From a virus: a stretch of DNA of 64,000 nucleotides. The notes under the pieces are model-generated. The model ran no database searches, was not told the origin of the DNA, and saw only the letters and a program-made list of their open reading frames with translations. The position numbers and the translations under genes are program-made. Below, one piece after another: positions 1-9,761 of the stretch. The stretch's first letter is position 1, and the number at the start of each line of letters is the position of its first letter. Location: the IMG/VR virus record IMGVR_UViG_3300045988_129957; one strand, given 5' to 3'.

Positions 1-2
1 TT

Positions 3-3000
3 GTGTCATTGCCTGACAAACTTATCAATATGGCATCTGAGGGAAGTTACAAAGCTGCGTTAAACACTAACATGGATAAGTTTGTAGGTGATCTTGACCA
101 GCAAATAGACATGCTTCTTCCCCATTATTACAAGAAAGAGGTAGAAGATTATAATTTTGGTCAGAAGCTTTTTAAGGATACCGGTAATTTCTTGTGGAAT
201 GACGTCCTTGGTAATGGTATGTCTTTTACCGTAGGAGCCATGATATCAGCGTACATGACCGGAGGACTTGGAGTTGGATCATTGGGTAATATAGGCGCTA
301 AATTAGGTGGAAGAATCGGAGCTAAGTTAGCAGCAAGGCAAGCTGCCAATAGGGGCATAGGAAGCCTTAAAAGCGTGTTTAACGACTATGTAAGAAAAGG
401 AGTTGCTACCGGAAGAAATGTAGGGGAGGCGGCTAAGACCATGACGTTGTTGGCTACCAGTGCCGGATTCGAGTCATCGGTTGAAGCAAATTCTTTTATG
501 AAGCAATCTGAGTCTGATTTCAAGGATTATTATCGTAAGATTTATGGTCGTGATCCCAATGCAGAGGAAATGGCTGTTTTTCGTAATTCTAATGCTGATG
601 TAGGTAGTGCTATATTTGCCGCCAATATGGGTATCGTAGGATTATCTAACTGGCTTCTTTTTGGTAAGTATATAGGGTTAGGAGGCAAGGCTATACCAGG
701 GTTGGAAAAGAGGCTCAACAAGCATTTATTTGGATTAGGGACGGAAGTTGCGAAGCCGGGAGAGATGGCTATTAAAATAACCAATCCCAATATAGGACAG
801 AAGATAGCAGGCAATGTTTTCAATATCATGAAAAGACCGGTATCTGAAGGCTTATGGGAAGAAGGATCTCAAGGTGCTGTTCAGAATACGGCTGAGGAAT
901 ATGTTAAGTCAAGATATGATAATGTCGCCATGAACGGAGCCGTTGATGTTCTTGATGCTATTTCTGAAGGATTTAAAAAGCAATATACGTCTAAAGAAGG
1001 ATGGACTGAAATAGGAATCGGTGCTATTATCGGTTCTTTGTTTGGTATGAGAGAAGGCTTCTTTGGGGTGAAAGAGTATAGTAATAGTCAGATCTTGCTG
1101 GAAAGGCAAGTGAATGAATATAACAAAGCATCTTCTAATCTTAACACGGCGGCTTTGAATACGTTGAAAAAATCAATGAGTTTAGGGCCTCAAGTTCGTT
1201 CCGATGCCCAGTCTATGACTGGTAAGGAGCTTGATGATGCTATGTTTGAAAAGATGTCTATTGACAACCAAATGGGAACCTTAGAGGATTCGGCTGAAAA
1301 TTTCCGGCAGATGATTGATATGATGCCTATTTCGGAAATAGCCGAAGCTAATGGAATGTCTTTGGAAGAGGCAAAGAAATACAAGGACTCTATTATTGAT
1401 AATTATAATAATCGTCTTTCGGATTTCAGATCTGCCCAGAGTTTTGCCGAAGATCTTATAGGTGATGATTCTAAGATTGAGTTTAGGAAATACGTGGCTC
1501 GTAATGCTTTTCTTGGTCTTCAATCGGAATCAAGAATGAAAGACATAGCTTCTGTCATAGAAACGCTTTCGGGGCAGCCTCGCGTGGCGGATGCCCTAAG
1601 TACGTTCTCCCGGCTGTCGGACAGGGCAAGGGAGCGGGCGATGGCTATCCGTGGCATACGGTCAAGAATAGAAGAACTTGAATCCGAAATAGAAGATCTT
1701 GCTACCCGCCCTCGCAACGTAGAAGGGAAAGATCCACAAGCTGAATCCATACAACGAAAAACCAAAGAATTGGAAAGCCTTAGAACCAATTACAACAATT
1801 CGTTGTCTGAGTTATCAACGTTAATAGGAAAAGAGTTTTCGATAGAAGAGCTGGTAAGTAAAACCGAATCTGTTTTATCATCTCCTCTTTCTCCCATAAG
1901 TTCACAAGATGTGATAGAAGCCTATGATACGCTTGTGGCTTTTGATGATTATTTTAATGTAAAATCAAGACAGGAAAAGAAGTTTACAGCCAAAGACAAA
2001 GCCATGAGATCCTTGGTAAATGAATACCGAAGAAGTTTGATGGACTATAGGAATATGAATAACTTCTTGTCTAAGATGCTTGATAAAAGATTCTTAGCTG
2101 AGGAAAACAGGGGGTTTTCAAAAGCGCTGTCTTCTCTATGGTCTACTCCTTATAAAGGGGATGACAAGGTTCCTGATTTTGCAGAGTCTAATAAAGTTGG
2201 TGAATATGACACTGATGAGGTAGTAGATCAAGCTGTGTCAGAAGGTAAGATTTCGGAAGACGAAGCTTGGACTATCAAGGCCTTTATGCATGCTCTTGAT
2301 AAAGTAAGGGAAGATAGGATGAAGGAAGCAGAAGATGATATAAAAGAGTCACCGCTTACGGAGTCTGTATCGGATGAAGATTATGAGGCTGCTATGGATA
2401 ATCCTATTATGGTTCCGACCGTAAGGCAGTCTATAATTGATAAACTATATACAGGTAATGCCGATCTTCTTACTGAGAGAGAAAAAGATGTGTATGATAA
2501 ATACAAACAAGATTTTGATGATTATGTATCGTCTTTGGGTGACAGTCCCGTTAATCTCATAAAATCATTATCTGAAAAGGCTGATAGGCTTACAAGTCCG
2601 AGATCTGTGTATGAGGATAATAAAGCTATTATTGATATGGCTAAATCCAATTTGGAACCAGATCAAAGGAAGGAACTTGATGATGCTATTTCTTCGTATG
2701 TGGATATAATGAACAGACGGGACAAAGGGGAGAAAGTTGATGAAGATAAGCTTGCTGATTCGGTATTTACCATAGAAGATCTTGGCCAAGTTGGAAACAT
2801 CACAGATCTCCTTCCTTATATCGAACAAAACAGGATTATTGATAAAGGTCGTATTTCCGAATCTACGTTAAGTAATTTTGGGGAGGATGATGCTAATATA
2901 GATTCTCTTGTAAATGAGTTAGACGAATCCGATAATACGCCGGGAGCTAACATAGATAGTGCCCAGAATCCAGAGACGTTGATGGTTAGAAGAATGTCCA

Positions 3001-6000
3001 ACGATGGCAACGAAAGGTATGAAATTGCGGGTCTTAGAGCCGATAAATTTATATCTTCTATAAAATCATTGGTTCCTATTCAAATAAGCTCTGAAACGAA
3101 CGCTAATGGTACTAAAAGGTATTCTCTTAACATAGGTGGAGAAACGGCTACTATAATTGAACTGCCTTATCATGCGAGATGGTCTATAGACAAAGAATCG
3201 GCTCGTGTTCTTAACCGTTACACAGATGTGTCTATTCAGGACGTGGGTAATTCATATTCTTTGGTTTATAAGCGTCTTGATTCAGACGAATTGGTTCCGT
3301 ACAGAACAGGTGTTGGATTCGGAGAGAATGAAGTAGATAAAATAGATCAGGAAGCATTATCTTCTTTGAAGAAAGGAGATAAGGTTAATCTTGAGATAGA
3401 TGCAAATGATACCTATAATCAGTCTCTTTTTGCCGAATACAATGATGCTGTTCAGTCCGGTGATAAAAAAAGAATAGAATCTGCTGAAAATAAGCTGGTA
3501 TCCAATATGGTTATCAAGGTCATGAGTGGAAACAGATTCGTTTCTGTTGTAAAAGCTGACACAGGAGGCATAGATGGTATAAGTAAGATAAGAAGAACGG
3601 CTTTTAACAAGTGGAAGAAGGACGCCGGCCGGTCGGCCACCATCAACGTCGGCACGCATGTTGTTGCCCAGACCCTTCCTGGAAGACCGGTGTTTAACAT
3701 GAGAGTAAACGGTCAAGGATATGGTCAGGTAGAAAATCTCCCTATTACCGAAAAAGGAGCTGAAAAAGTATCTGATGTCGGATATGTATTAAATGGCAAA
3801 GTCGTGCTTAAGAACGGATCTAAATACACAGGCTTCCCATTTGCTTATTCTATATTAAATGACAAGGGGAATAATTACAAAAATGTAAGAGTTCCGGTAG
3901 TTGTCATCAAAGGCAAAAACGGTCTTAATTATCTTTTCCCGGTTAGTCTACGTTCTGTGGAATCAGAGGAAGGAAAGAAATGGATTTCTTTTATAGATAT
4001 GCTGCCTGAATCAGGTGACTCTGAATTGTTACAGATGGGTCAAGATGATATACAAGATCTTAATGCGTATCTAACCAAGTTAGGCCTTGATCCGGCTTCG
4101 TATCAAGTATCGTATTTGAATCCTATTTCAGGGCTTAGAAAAGCTCGTGAGGCTATAGAAAAATTATCTACGGTTCCTGATGTTGTTAAATGGGTAGAAG
4201 ATGAAAGCAGGAATGTGAAAGACATTGTGATGTCTGAAGTAGAATCTGGAATAGATTTCGAAGGTGAGATGTTTGTCGCTCCTAAGATCAGGATTCAGTT
4301 TGGTAAATCATCTTCCAGACCTAAATCACTTATAGAAGATGATCTCCCTTTCTCCGATGAGGGTAAGACCGTTACTTCCAAGGAAGATGTGGATATTTAC
4401 GAAGATGAAATGCCAGAGGAAGACCCTGTCCGGGGGACTCGGCCGGCGCCACCAGCCCAGCCGGCTCCTGCGGCACAAGCTACGCAGTCCTTACATGGCA
4501 AGAAGCGCACCTCCAGAAAAAACTTCTCTCTTATGTTAAACGAAATAGAATCTCATATAGAAAAAGAAGGATTGCCGTCTTATGCTAATATTTTTGATTT
4601 TATAGCAAGGAAGATTGTAGGAGGTGATTTGAGGTTTCTTCGTGAGAGAGGTAATCCTAAAAGCCTTAAGGAAGAAATGGGATTAGAACCTAAAGGAACA
4701 GTAGGTGATAAAATATCCACTCCTTCTAAAAAGGGAGGTAAGACCTTAGAAGAATATGTTTCTTGGCTTCGTTCTCAAACAGATCAGGTGGTGGTTGATT
4801 ATGTTGGTCCAAGATCTGACGAACAAATTATATCAGAGTTGAAAAACTTTTTGAAATATATTAATTTTGTTCCAAGCAAGGCTTTGAATTATTCTCTTAG
4901 AGTCAATGGCATGGATGCCCTAAAAGAATATGGCACAAAAGAGGAAGTAGAAAAAATGGAATCTGACATCAATAGTTTGGTTTCTGAAGTTTTGCCTACG
5001 GTAGATAATCAAACTGTAGAAGATGTTTCTACTGCAATAGAATTAAATAACCTGCCTGCCATATGGAGACCTATGGAAAGCCTTGATGTGACAAACGAGG
5101 AAAAAATAGAGTTTTTGAATAACGTAGCAGATTTCCTTAGCGGCATTCCAGAGTATGATGCTGTTGTGGAGTCTATAGAGTCAGAATCAGATAATATTTT
5201 AAATGATGGAAAAGAAGGAAGTGCAGAAGGCGGTGCAGTACGCGCTGAGGAAGATGGCGATAAAAAGGGAGATGGAAAAAGAGAAGGACAACCCAGAGAT
5301 GATGGCAAAGCTGAGGGAGATGTCTATTTACCTGGATCTGAAGAAGGAAGAGTAGATAACTATAAGAAGAACGGAGATAAGTTCTCTGATATTGCCGAAG
5401 TTACTTTATGGTTACTTAGAAGGGCTGCCGGCATAACCTCTATCCCGGAAGGAGAAGAGGTTTATGTAGAGGGGGATGAAGTTAATAGCATTATGACCGA
5501 TATGGAATCAAGGTACGGGATAGACACCATCAACCACTCGCATGCGACTAAGGCTATAAGGGGTCTTAACGGCGTATCAGGTTATAAAGTAGAATACGGC
5601 TTAACCTTTTTAACATACGATCCTTTTATTAGAATATCCAATCCAAGGAAAGAATCTAAGGCCGAGAAAGACGAACCTCGTATATCCGAAGAACCGCTTA
5701 CTCACATATCAAGGGTAACAACCCCTTATTTCCTGTACGGCGGTGATGAAGCATATACATCTGTTCCGGCTAAGGTAGAACCTATACCGGAGAAGATAAT
5801 GGGTCGTAATGGCATTAAATTTGGTATGAGTGTAGTCGAGTTAACCAAATTAGGGTACAAAAAAGCTGGTGGAAACTGGATATATAAATTCTATATGAAC
5901 TTAGGTGTGTATGATTTGTATAATATCAGTACCGGTGAAGCGTTTAGGGTAAAACCGGATCTTGGAGTTAAGATAAGTTCCAGTGCATTCATCCGCTCTT

Positions 6001-6131
6001 TATCTCAATCTGGTAGAAAAATACAAAATATGATGAGTAATATGAGCCAGGAAGAGATAGATAGAAATAAGAATCTCGTAGAAGGTTCTGATAATTCGGA
6101 TTCGATAAATGAGTTAAATAAAGAGTGTTGA
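3..6131 (+). CDS. Giant virion-associated protein, 5'-truncated by window edge (>=2042 aa); function unknown
   Basis: Uninterrupted ORF runs from window position 3 (no true start) to TGA at 6129-6131; coiled-coil and Pro/Ala-rich linker segments; co-oriented with other large late genes. Confidence 0.6.
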   Translation: MSLPDKLINMASEGSYKAALNTNMDKFVGDLDQQIDMLLPHYYKKEVEDYNFGQKLFKDTGNFLWNDVLGNGMSFTVGAMISAYMTGGLGVGSLGNIGAKLGGRIGAKLAARQAANRGIGSLKSVFNDYVRKGVATGRNVGEAAKTMTLLATSAGFESSVEANSFMKQSESDFKDYYRKIYGRDPNAEEMAVFRNSNADVGSAIFAANMGIVGLSNWLLFGKYIGLGGKAIPGLEKRLNKHLFGLGTEVAKPGEMAIKITNPNIGQKIAGNVFNIMKRPVSEGLWEEGSQGAVQNTAEEYVKSRYDNVAMNGAVDVLDAISEGFKKQYTSKEGWTEIGIGAIIGSLFGMREGFFGVKEYSNSQILLERQVNEYNKASSNLNTAALNTLKKSMSLGPQVRSDAQSMTGKELDDAMFEKMSIDNQMGTLEDSAENFRQMIDMMPISEIAEANGMSLEEAKKYKDSIIDNYNNRLSDFRSAQSFAEDLIGDDSKIEFRKYVARNAFLGLQSESRMKDIASVIETLSGQPRVADALSTFSRLSDRARERAMAIRGIRSRIEELESEIEDLATRPRNVEGKDPQAESIQRKTKELESLRTNYNNSLSELSTLIGKEFSIEELVSKTESVLSSPLSPISSQDVIEAYDTLVAFDDYFNVKSRQEKKFTAKDKAMRSLVNEYRRSLMDYRNMNNFLSKMLDKRFLAEENRGFSKALSSLWSTPYKGDDKVPDFAESNKVGEYDTDEVVDQAVSEGKISEDEAWTIKAFMHALDKVREDRMKEAEDDIKESPLTESVSDEDYEAAMDNPIMVPTVRQSIIDKLYTGNADLLTEREKDVYDKYKQDFDDYVSSLGDSPVNLIKSLSEKADRLTSPRSVYEDNKAIIDMAKSNLEPDQRKELDDAISSYVDIMNRRDKGEKVDEDKLADSVFTIEDLGQVGNITDLLPYIEQNRIIDKGRISESTLSNFGEDDANIDSLVNELDESDNTPGANIDSAQNPETLMVRRMSNDGNERYEIAGLRADKFISSIKSLVPIQISSETNANGTKRYSLNIGGETATIIELPYHARWSIDKESARVLNRYTDVSIQDVGNSYSLVYKRLDSDELVPYRTGVGFGENEVDKIDQEALSSLKKGDKVNLEIDANDTYNQSLFAEYNDAVQSGDKKRIESAENKLVSNMVIKVMSGNRFVSVVKADTGGIDGISKIRRTAFNKWKKDAGRSATINVGTHVVAQTLPGRPVFNMRVNGQGYGQVENLPITEKGAEKVSDVGYVLNGKVVLKNGSKYTGFPFAYSILNDKGNNYKNVRVPVVVIKGKNGLNYLFPVSLRSVESEEGKKWISFIDMLPESGDSELLQMGQDDIQDLNAYLTKLGLDPASYQVSYLNPISGLRKAREAIEKLSTVPDVVKWVEDESRNVKDIVMSEVESGIDFEGEMFVAPKIRIQFGKSSSRPKSLIEDDLPFSDEGKTVTSKEDVDIYEDEMPEEDPVRGTRPAPPAQPAPAAQATQSLHGKKRTSRKNFSLMLNEIESHIEKEGLPSYANIFDFIARKIVGGDLRFLRERGNPKSLKEEMGLEPKGTVGDKISTPSKKGGKTLEEYVSWLRSQTDQVVVDYVGPRSDEQIISELKNFLKYINFVPSKALNYSLRVNGMDALKEYGTKEEVEKMESDINSLVSEVLPTVDNQTVEDVSTAIELNNLPAIWRPMESLDVTNEEKIEFLNNVADFLSGIPEYDAVVESIESESDNILNDGKEGSAEGGAVRAEEDGDKKGDGKREGQPRDDGKAEGDVYLPGSEEGRVDNYKKNGDKFSDIAEVTLWLLRRAAGITSIPEGEEVYVEGDEVNSIMTDMESRYGIDTINHSHATKAIRGLNGVSGYKVEYGLTFLTYDPFIRISNPRKESKAEKDEPRISEEPLTHISRVTTPYFLYGGDEAYTSVPAKVEPIPEKIMGRNGIKFGMSVVELTKLGYKKAGGNWIYKFYMNLGVYDLYNISTGEAFRVKPDLGVKISSSAFIRSLSQSGRKIQNMMSNMSQEEIDRNKNLVEGSDNSDSINELNKEC

Positions 6132-6302
6132 GTATGAGAAGGAGATACGAAGATGTTTCAAATCTTGTTCAGTATCAGTTGAAGACCAATCAGCAGGGGG
6201 GGGGATATAGAGGTTTATGTTGATGACAGGTTTGTTGGAAACGTAAGTGAAGGAGTCTGTAATTGGAAGGATATTGAATACAAGAGTAAGGTTACTATAT
6301 CT

Positions 6303-6716
6303 TTGAAAGGAGTCGAGGATAAGGCTAAAACTTCAAGTAAAAGAGTCGGTCCTTATTGTCACATTTATAGCATATTTGGAGGAAATGAATCTTATCATGC
6401 AGGTCCGGATAGTAATATAAAAAAGAGTCCGGTTACCACCTTTATAATGTATTGTTATAAAAATGGGGATATTACAACTACCACTACTTATACTAAAAAT
6501 TTATCTGGAACTCTTCAGATAGGTAAAACACAATTGACTATCAATTACAAACAAAGTAAAAGTCAGTCTTTCTCCGGTGGTTCTGGAGATTATGTAACAT
6601 CCGTATCTGATTTCCCTTTTGTTACTGGTCCAGGAAATGATAGCGTTGAGTTCGAAGGAGAGGGAAGATTGATAGTTGAGACAAAGGCTTCGCATTATGA
6701 AATAGAAGTTTCATAA
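6303..6716 (+). CDS. Hypothetical protein; body of a gene whose natural ATG (6134) is out of frame across a G9 tract
   Basis: Frame is open from 6183; ATG at 6134 overlaps upstream stop (TGAgtATG) but is in another frame; G9 at 6196-6204 lies between. G8 would fuse a ~194-aa ORF 6134..6716. Confidence 0.45.
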   Translation: MKGVEDKAKTSSKRVGPYCHIYSIFGGNESYHAGPDSNIKKSPVTTFIMYCYKNGDITTTTTYTKNLSGTLQIGKTQLTINYKQSKSQSFSGGSGDYVTSVSDFPFVTGPGNDSVEFEGEGRLIVETKASHYEIEVS

Positions 6717-6732
6717 TTTCTATTTTTATACT

Positions 6733-6740
6733 ATCTTTGT
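6733..6740 (+). promoter_or_regulatory. Candidate Bacteroidetes -7 promoter element TAtcTTTG
   Basis: Exact match to TAnnTTTG, 19 nt upstream of ATG 6759. Confidence 0.35.
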
Positions 6741-6758
6741 CTAAAAATATTTATCACT

Positions 6759-9017
6759 ATGGGTGTCAAATGTCAGATAGAAAAAAAGGAAAATGAAATA
6801 AAACGGGTTAAGGCTCCTAACGGGGAGCCTTCCGTTCTTTACGAAAGTGCTTTAAAAGTATTAGGAAACAGCGAGCGGGCTCTTCAGGTATGGGCTAAGG
6901 CTTACACTCCTGGTTTTTTGTCGTATTACGGTCATTGGAATAACCCGGCTCCAGGGGAGATATTTAATACCGATCCCAATGGCGAACCTCTTTTAGAAGA
7001 CGTGCTGTCGTATATGAAGCGTCAGACTTATTTTGCTGATCCTTTAACGGCTCAGGACATTAAGGATGTAAGGGATTTCCTTTTGTCTACTCATTATTTT
7101 TTCAATGCGTCTTCATTGTCTAATGCTATCCTCTTCGATTTTTATGTAGATGGCAGTTTGATACTGAATGAGCAGAAATTAAGGAGATCCGGTTTGTATG
7201 ATGAAACAGAAATAAGTCGTATTTTATCCGATCCTTCTGTTTTAAACGAGGTTTCGACTTCCATGAGAAAGTTAATAGATTCTTCTATTAACGAACATGA
7301 TAGGGAAAAGGATAATTATTTTATGTCTGTTGACTATCAGTATGGTCCTATTGTTTACAAGGAGGGAGTGTTTAACCAATTTGGTAAAAAAGTACCATAT
7401 AATCCTTCTGAGCTTTATTGGGCTATGGGCAAAACAGTAGCCGGCATAAAAAACTTTTCTGAATTTTCATCTGCTTTTGAATCGTTGAGAAACTCATATC
7501 CTGAACTGGTTGAGAAATTCGTTTCTGATAAAGAATTTGCCGAATCTATGTTTGATGAGTTCTCATCTACGAATAAGATTCCGGTAATAAACATAGAAGG
7601 GGATGATGTGGTGGAAGGCAAGAGAAGATCCTTATCTAAGCTACAAGATCTGTCTTATTACAATCCTGGCAAAATAGAGTTCCTAAGAGCTCGTATATCA
7701 GCTTATTTACATAGGGCTAATGCCGACACCGAATCTGATTTAAGAAGCATGATATGGGATATAGAAGAGGCTTGTACGTGGTTTGGCATAGATATAATAG
7801 GGACATCGGAAACTTATGATGGCACAGAAGAATCTTTGAATAAGATAGATAATTTGATGCTGGATCTTGATATTTATGTGGCCAGGCATAATGATGTAAA
7901 TTATGCTCCAACGCTGGCATCTTCTATCGATGATGTTCTTGGTGATAGTACAGACTATTATTTTGGATTATTACCGGAGTATATGGATAATTTGAATATC
8001 GTTTATTCTGAATCCGATATAGACCCAGTAGAAGCGTTTGAGAAACATTCATTGCTTAAGGTAGGAGATAATCTATATCAAAGGATCAGCAAAGATGATC
8101 TTAACGAGATGTATCAAATATCAACAGTGTTAGCCAAGCACAACCTAACTCACTTTCCTGCTAAAATATATCCTGAATCTTGTTTTAAGAACGGCGTTTT
8201 GGATAAAGAGAAAGTACGGAACGTAGATAATAATACGCTCATGGATTCCATTAAAAAATACGTCAGATCGTTCATGGATTCTCAGAACACAGAGGACATG
8301 ATAATGACCAGGATGGTGTTTGGGCACCCGGCGGTACTTGATGTTTCTTACGCGGATGTGGATCGGGAATTTAGTCGGTACATGAACAAAAAACAAGATA
8401 GCGAAAACCCATTATCTTTATTCGATTTATACCAATATTACCTTGACAACAAACTCCATAAAACAAAATTATATGATAATGCCTATAAGTATCTTGACTT
8501 CAAATCTGGTCCATCTTTGGGTCTTATTTCTGATGATCCTGATATTTTGAAATCAATAGAATTATCTTTATCTGGAAAAGACAGGTTGATGTTGTTTGAT
8601 TATAGCATGACCAGCACCGATCCTTCTTTATCAAAATTGTTTTATTTGGATAGGTATGACCTTTCGTATGCCGATAATGATTTTGAACATTATTTTTACA
8701 CCAGGCACCCGTATCTGTTAAAAGAAAAATCGGGTCCTAATATCGTAGAGCAAGATGGTGTTATAACAGCCGAAGGTATTTATGATAATTTTATAAGAGT
8801 AGGTAATAAGATATGGTCTAAAGTAAGCGAAAGTAGTTCCGGCTCTATCTACCAAAATCTGACAGGAACCGAATCGGAGGTGAAATACGATTCTACTCAG
8901 AAGGTTAAGACGGTAGAAACCGATTACGCTCCATACCAAAACAGATCTGGCCTGACGCAAGATATGATCGTAAGCAAGTCTGAATTGGATGATCTTAACA
9001 AATTAGAATGCAGGTAA
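6759..9017 (+). CDS. Hypothetical 752-aa protein (likely virion/late protein)
   Basis: Long ORF with ATG start, candidate promoter upstream, terminator hairpin downstream. Confidence 0.6.
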   Translation: MGVKCQIEKKENEIKRVKAPNGEPSVLYESALKVLGNSERALQVWAKAYTPGFLSYYGHWNNPAPGEIFNTDPNGEPLLEDVLSYMKRQTYFADPLTAQDIKDVRDFLLSTHYFFNASSLSNAILFDFYVDGSLILNEQKLRRSGLYDETEISRILSDPSVLNEVSTSMRKLIDSSINEHDREKDNYFMSVDYQYGPIVYKEGVFNQFGKKVPYNPSELYWAMGKTVAGIKNFSEFSSAFESLRNSYPELVEKFVSDKEFAESMFDEFSSTNKIPVINIEGDDVVEGKRRSLSKLQDLSYYNPGKIEFLRARISAYLHRANADTESDLRSMIWDIEEACTWFGIDIIGTSETYDGTEESLNKIDNLMLDLDIYVARHNDVNYAPTLASSIDDVLGDSTDYYFGLLPEYMDNLNIVYSESDIDPVEAFEKHSLLKVGDNLYQRISKDDLNEMYQISTVLAKHNLTHFPAKIYPESCFKNGVLDKEKVRNVDNNTLMDSIKKYVRSFMDSQNTEDMIMTRMVFGHPAVLDVSYADVDREFSRYMNKKQDSENPLSLFDLYQYYLDNKLHKTKLYDNAYKYLDFKSGPSLGLISDDPDILKSIELSLSGKDRLMLFDYSMTSTDPSLSKLFYLDRYDLSYADNDFEHYFYTRHPYLLKEKSGPNIVEQDGVITAEGIYDNFIRVGNKIWSKVSESSSGSIYQNLTGTESEVKYDSTQKVKTVETDYAPYQNRSGLTQDMIVSKSELDDLNKLECR

Positions 9018-9060
9018 TTTTTGTACATATATATAGTTTTTCCATAGTTATAATTTGGGA

Positions 9061-9090
9061 AGTGAGGCTTGTGAAAGTCTCACTTTTCTT
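9061..9090 (+). terminator. Rho-independent terminator
   Basis: agtgaggc-ttgtgaaa-gtctcact hairpin (8 bp incl. one G-U) followed by tttctt, 44 nt after stop of 752-aa gene. Confidence 0.5.
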
Positions 9091-9513
9091 ATATATGCAC
9101 GTATATCAATAACATACAAGAAAAGTTAGATTTTCGTTGTTTATGAATTATTTTTATTAAGTTTGCAATATTAGTTTCAGGAAGGGATTATAGAAAATAG
9201 GGAAGGTAAGAACAGAACGTAACTAATAACGGTAGGGAATGAGAATCAGTACCATCAAACGTAATAACAGCATTCATCTTATGTATAAAAACATTATGAA
9301 TGATTTAGGTCAATTAAGAACTGTAGTTTCAAAATCCTATATTTATAATCTGATACGAAATCAAACCGGATTAAGTATCAGAACTATATCCCATGTCTTG
9401 AATCACACAAAAGAACAGGATACAGATTCTTTGTGAAAAGCGTACATTTTCATACATTTGTGTATTCTTTAGTTTTTAGATTTAAGTTTTTTTCATGGTA
9501 TTAGTTTAGAGAT

Positions 9514-9539
9514 CAGGGCTCGCAGTGATGCGGGCCCTG
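9514..9539 (+). other. GC-rich 11-bp hairpin with GNRA-type GTGA tetraloop in 744-bp intergenic region
   Basis: cagggctcgca-gtga-tgcgggccctg; isolated GC island in AT-rich spacer. Confidence 0.4.
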
Positions 9540-9733
9540 GTTTGATTTACAGCGCTTTACCCAAAATGGGAAAAGCGTAAGTTTCTGATTATCAGTTTTT
9601 CACCTTAAATGGGGAAAATTAATTATTGTGTATTATACTTCCGTTTTTGCTGAAAATACTTCTCTTCTATAGGAAATAAACACACCTGTATTCCACTCTA
9701 CAATCATGATCTTTGTTACGTGCTTCATGCACG

Positions 9734-9754
9734 TATGTTTAACAATTAAATACT
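9734..9754 (+). repeat. 21-bp exact repeat tatgtttaacaattaaatact (second copy 61396-61416), preceded by 7-bp palindromic hairpin 9717-9735
   Basis: Identical 21-mer in two distant intergenic regions; ends 7 nt before ATG 9762. Confidence 0.5.
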
Positions 9755-9761
9755 ATAAATT

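Noticed and set aside
161-5308. Numerous 60-120-aa ORFs inside the giant ORFs (both strands)
   Set aside because: Fully embedded in the 2042-aa and 2140-aa reading frames; no independent signals.
9239-9436. 65-aa +-strand ORF in the 744-bp spacer
   Set aside because: No RBS or promoter context, low-complexity product; likely non-coding spacer.
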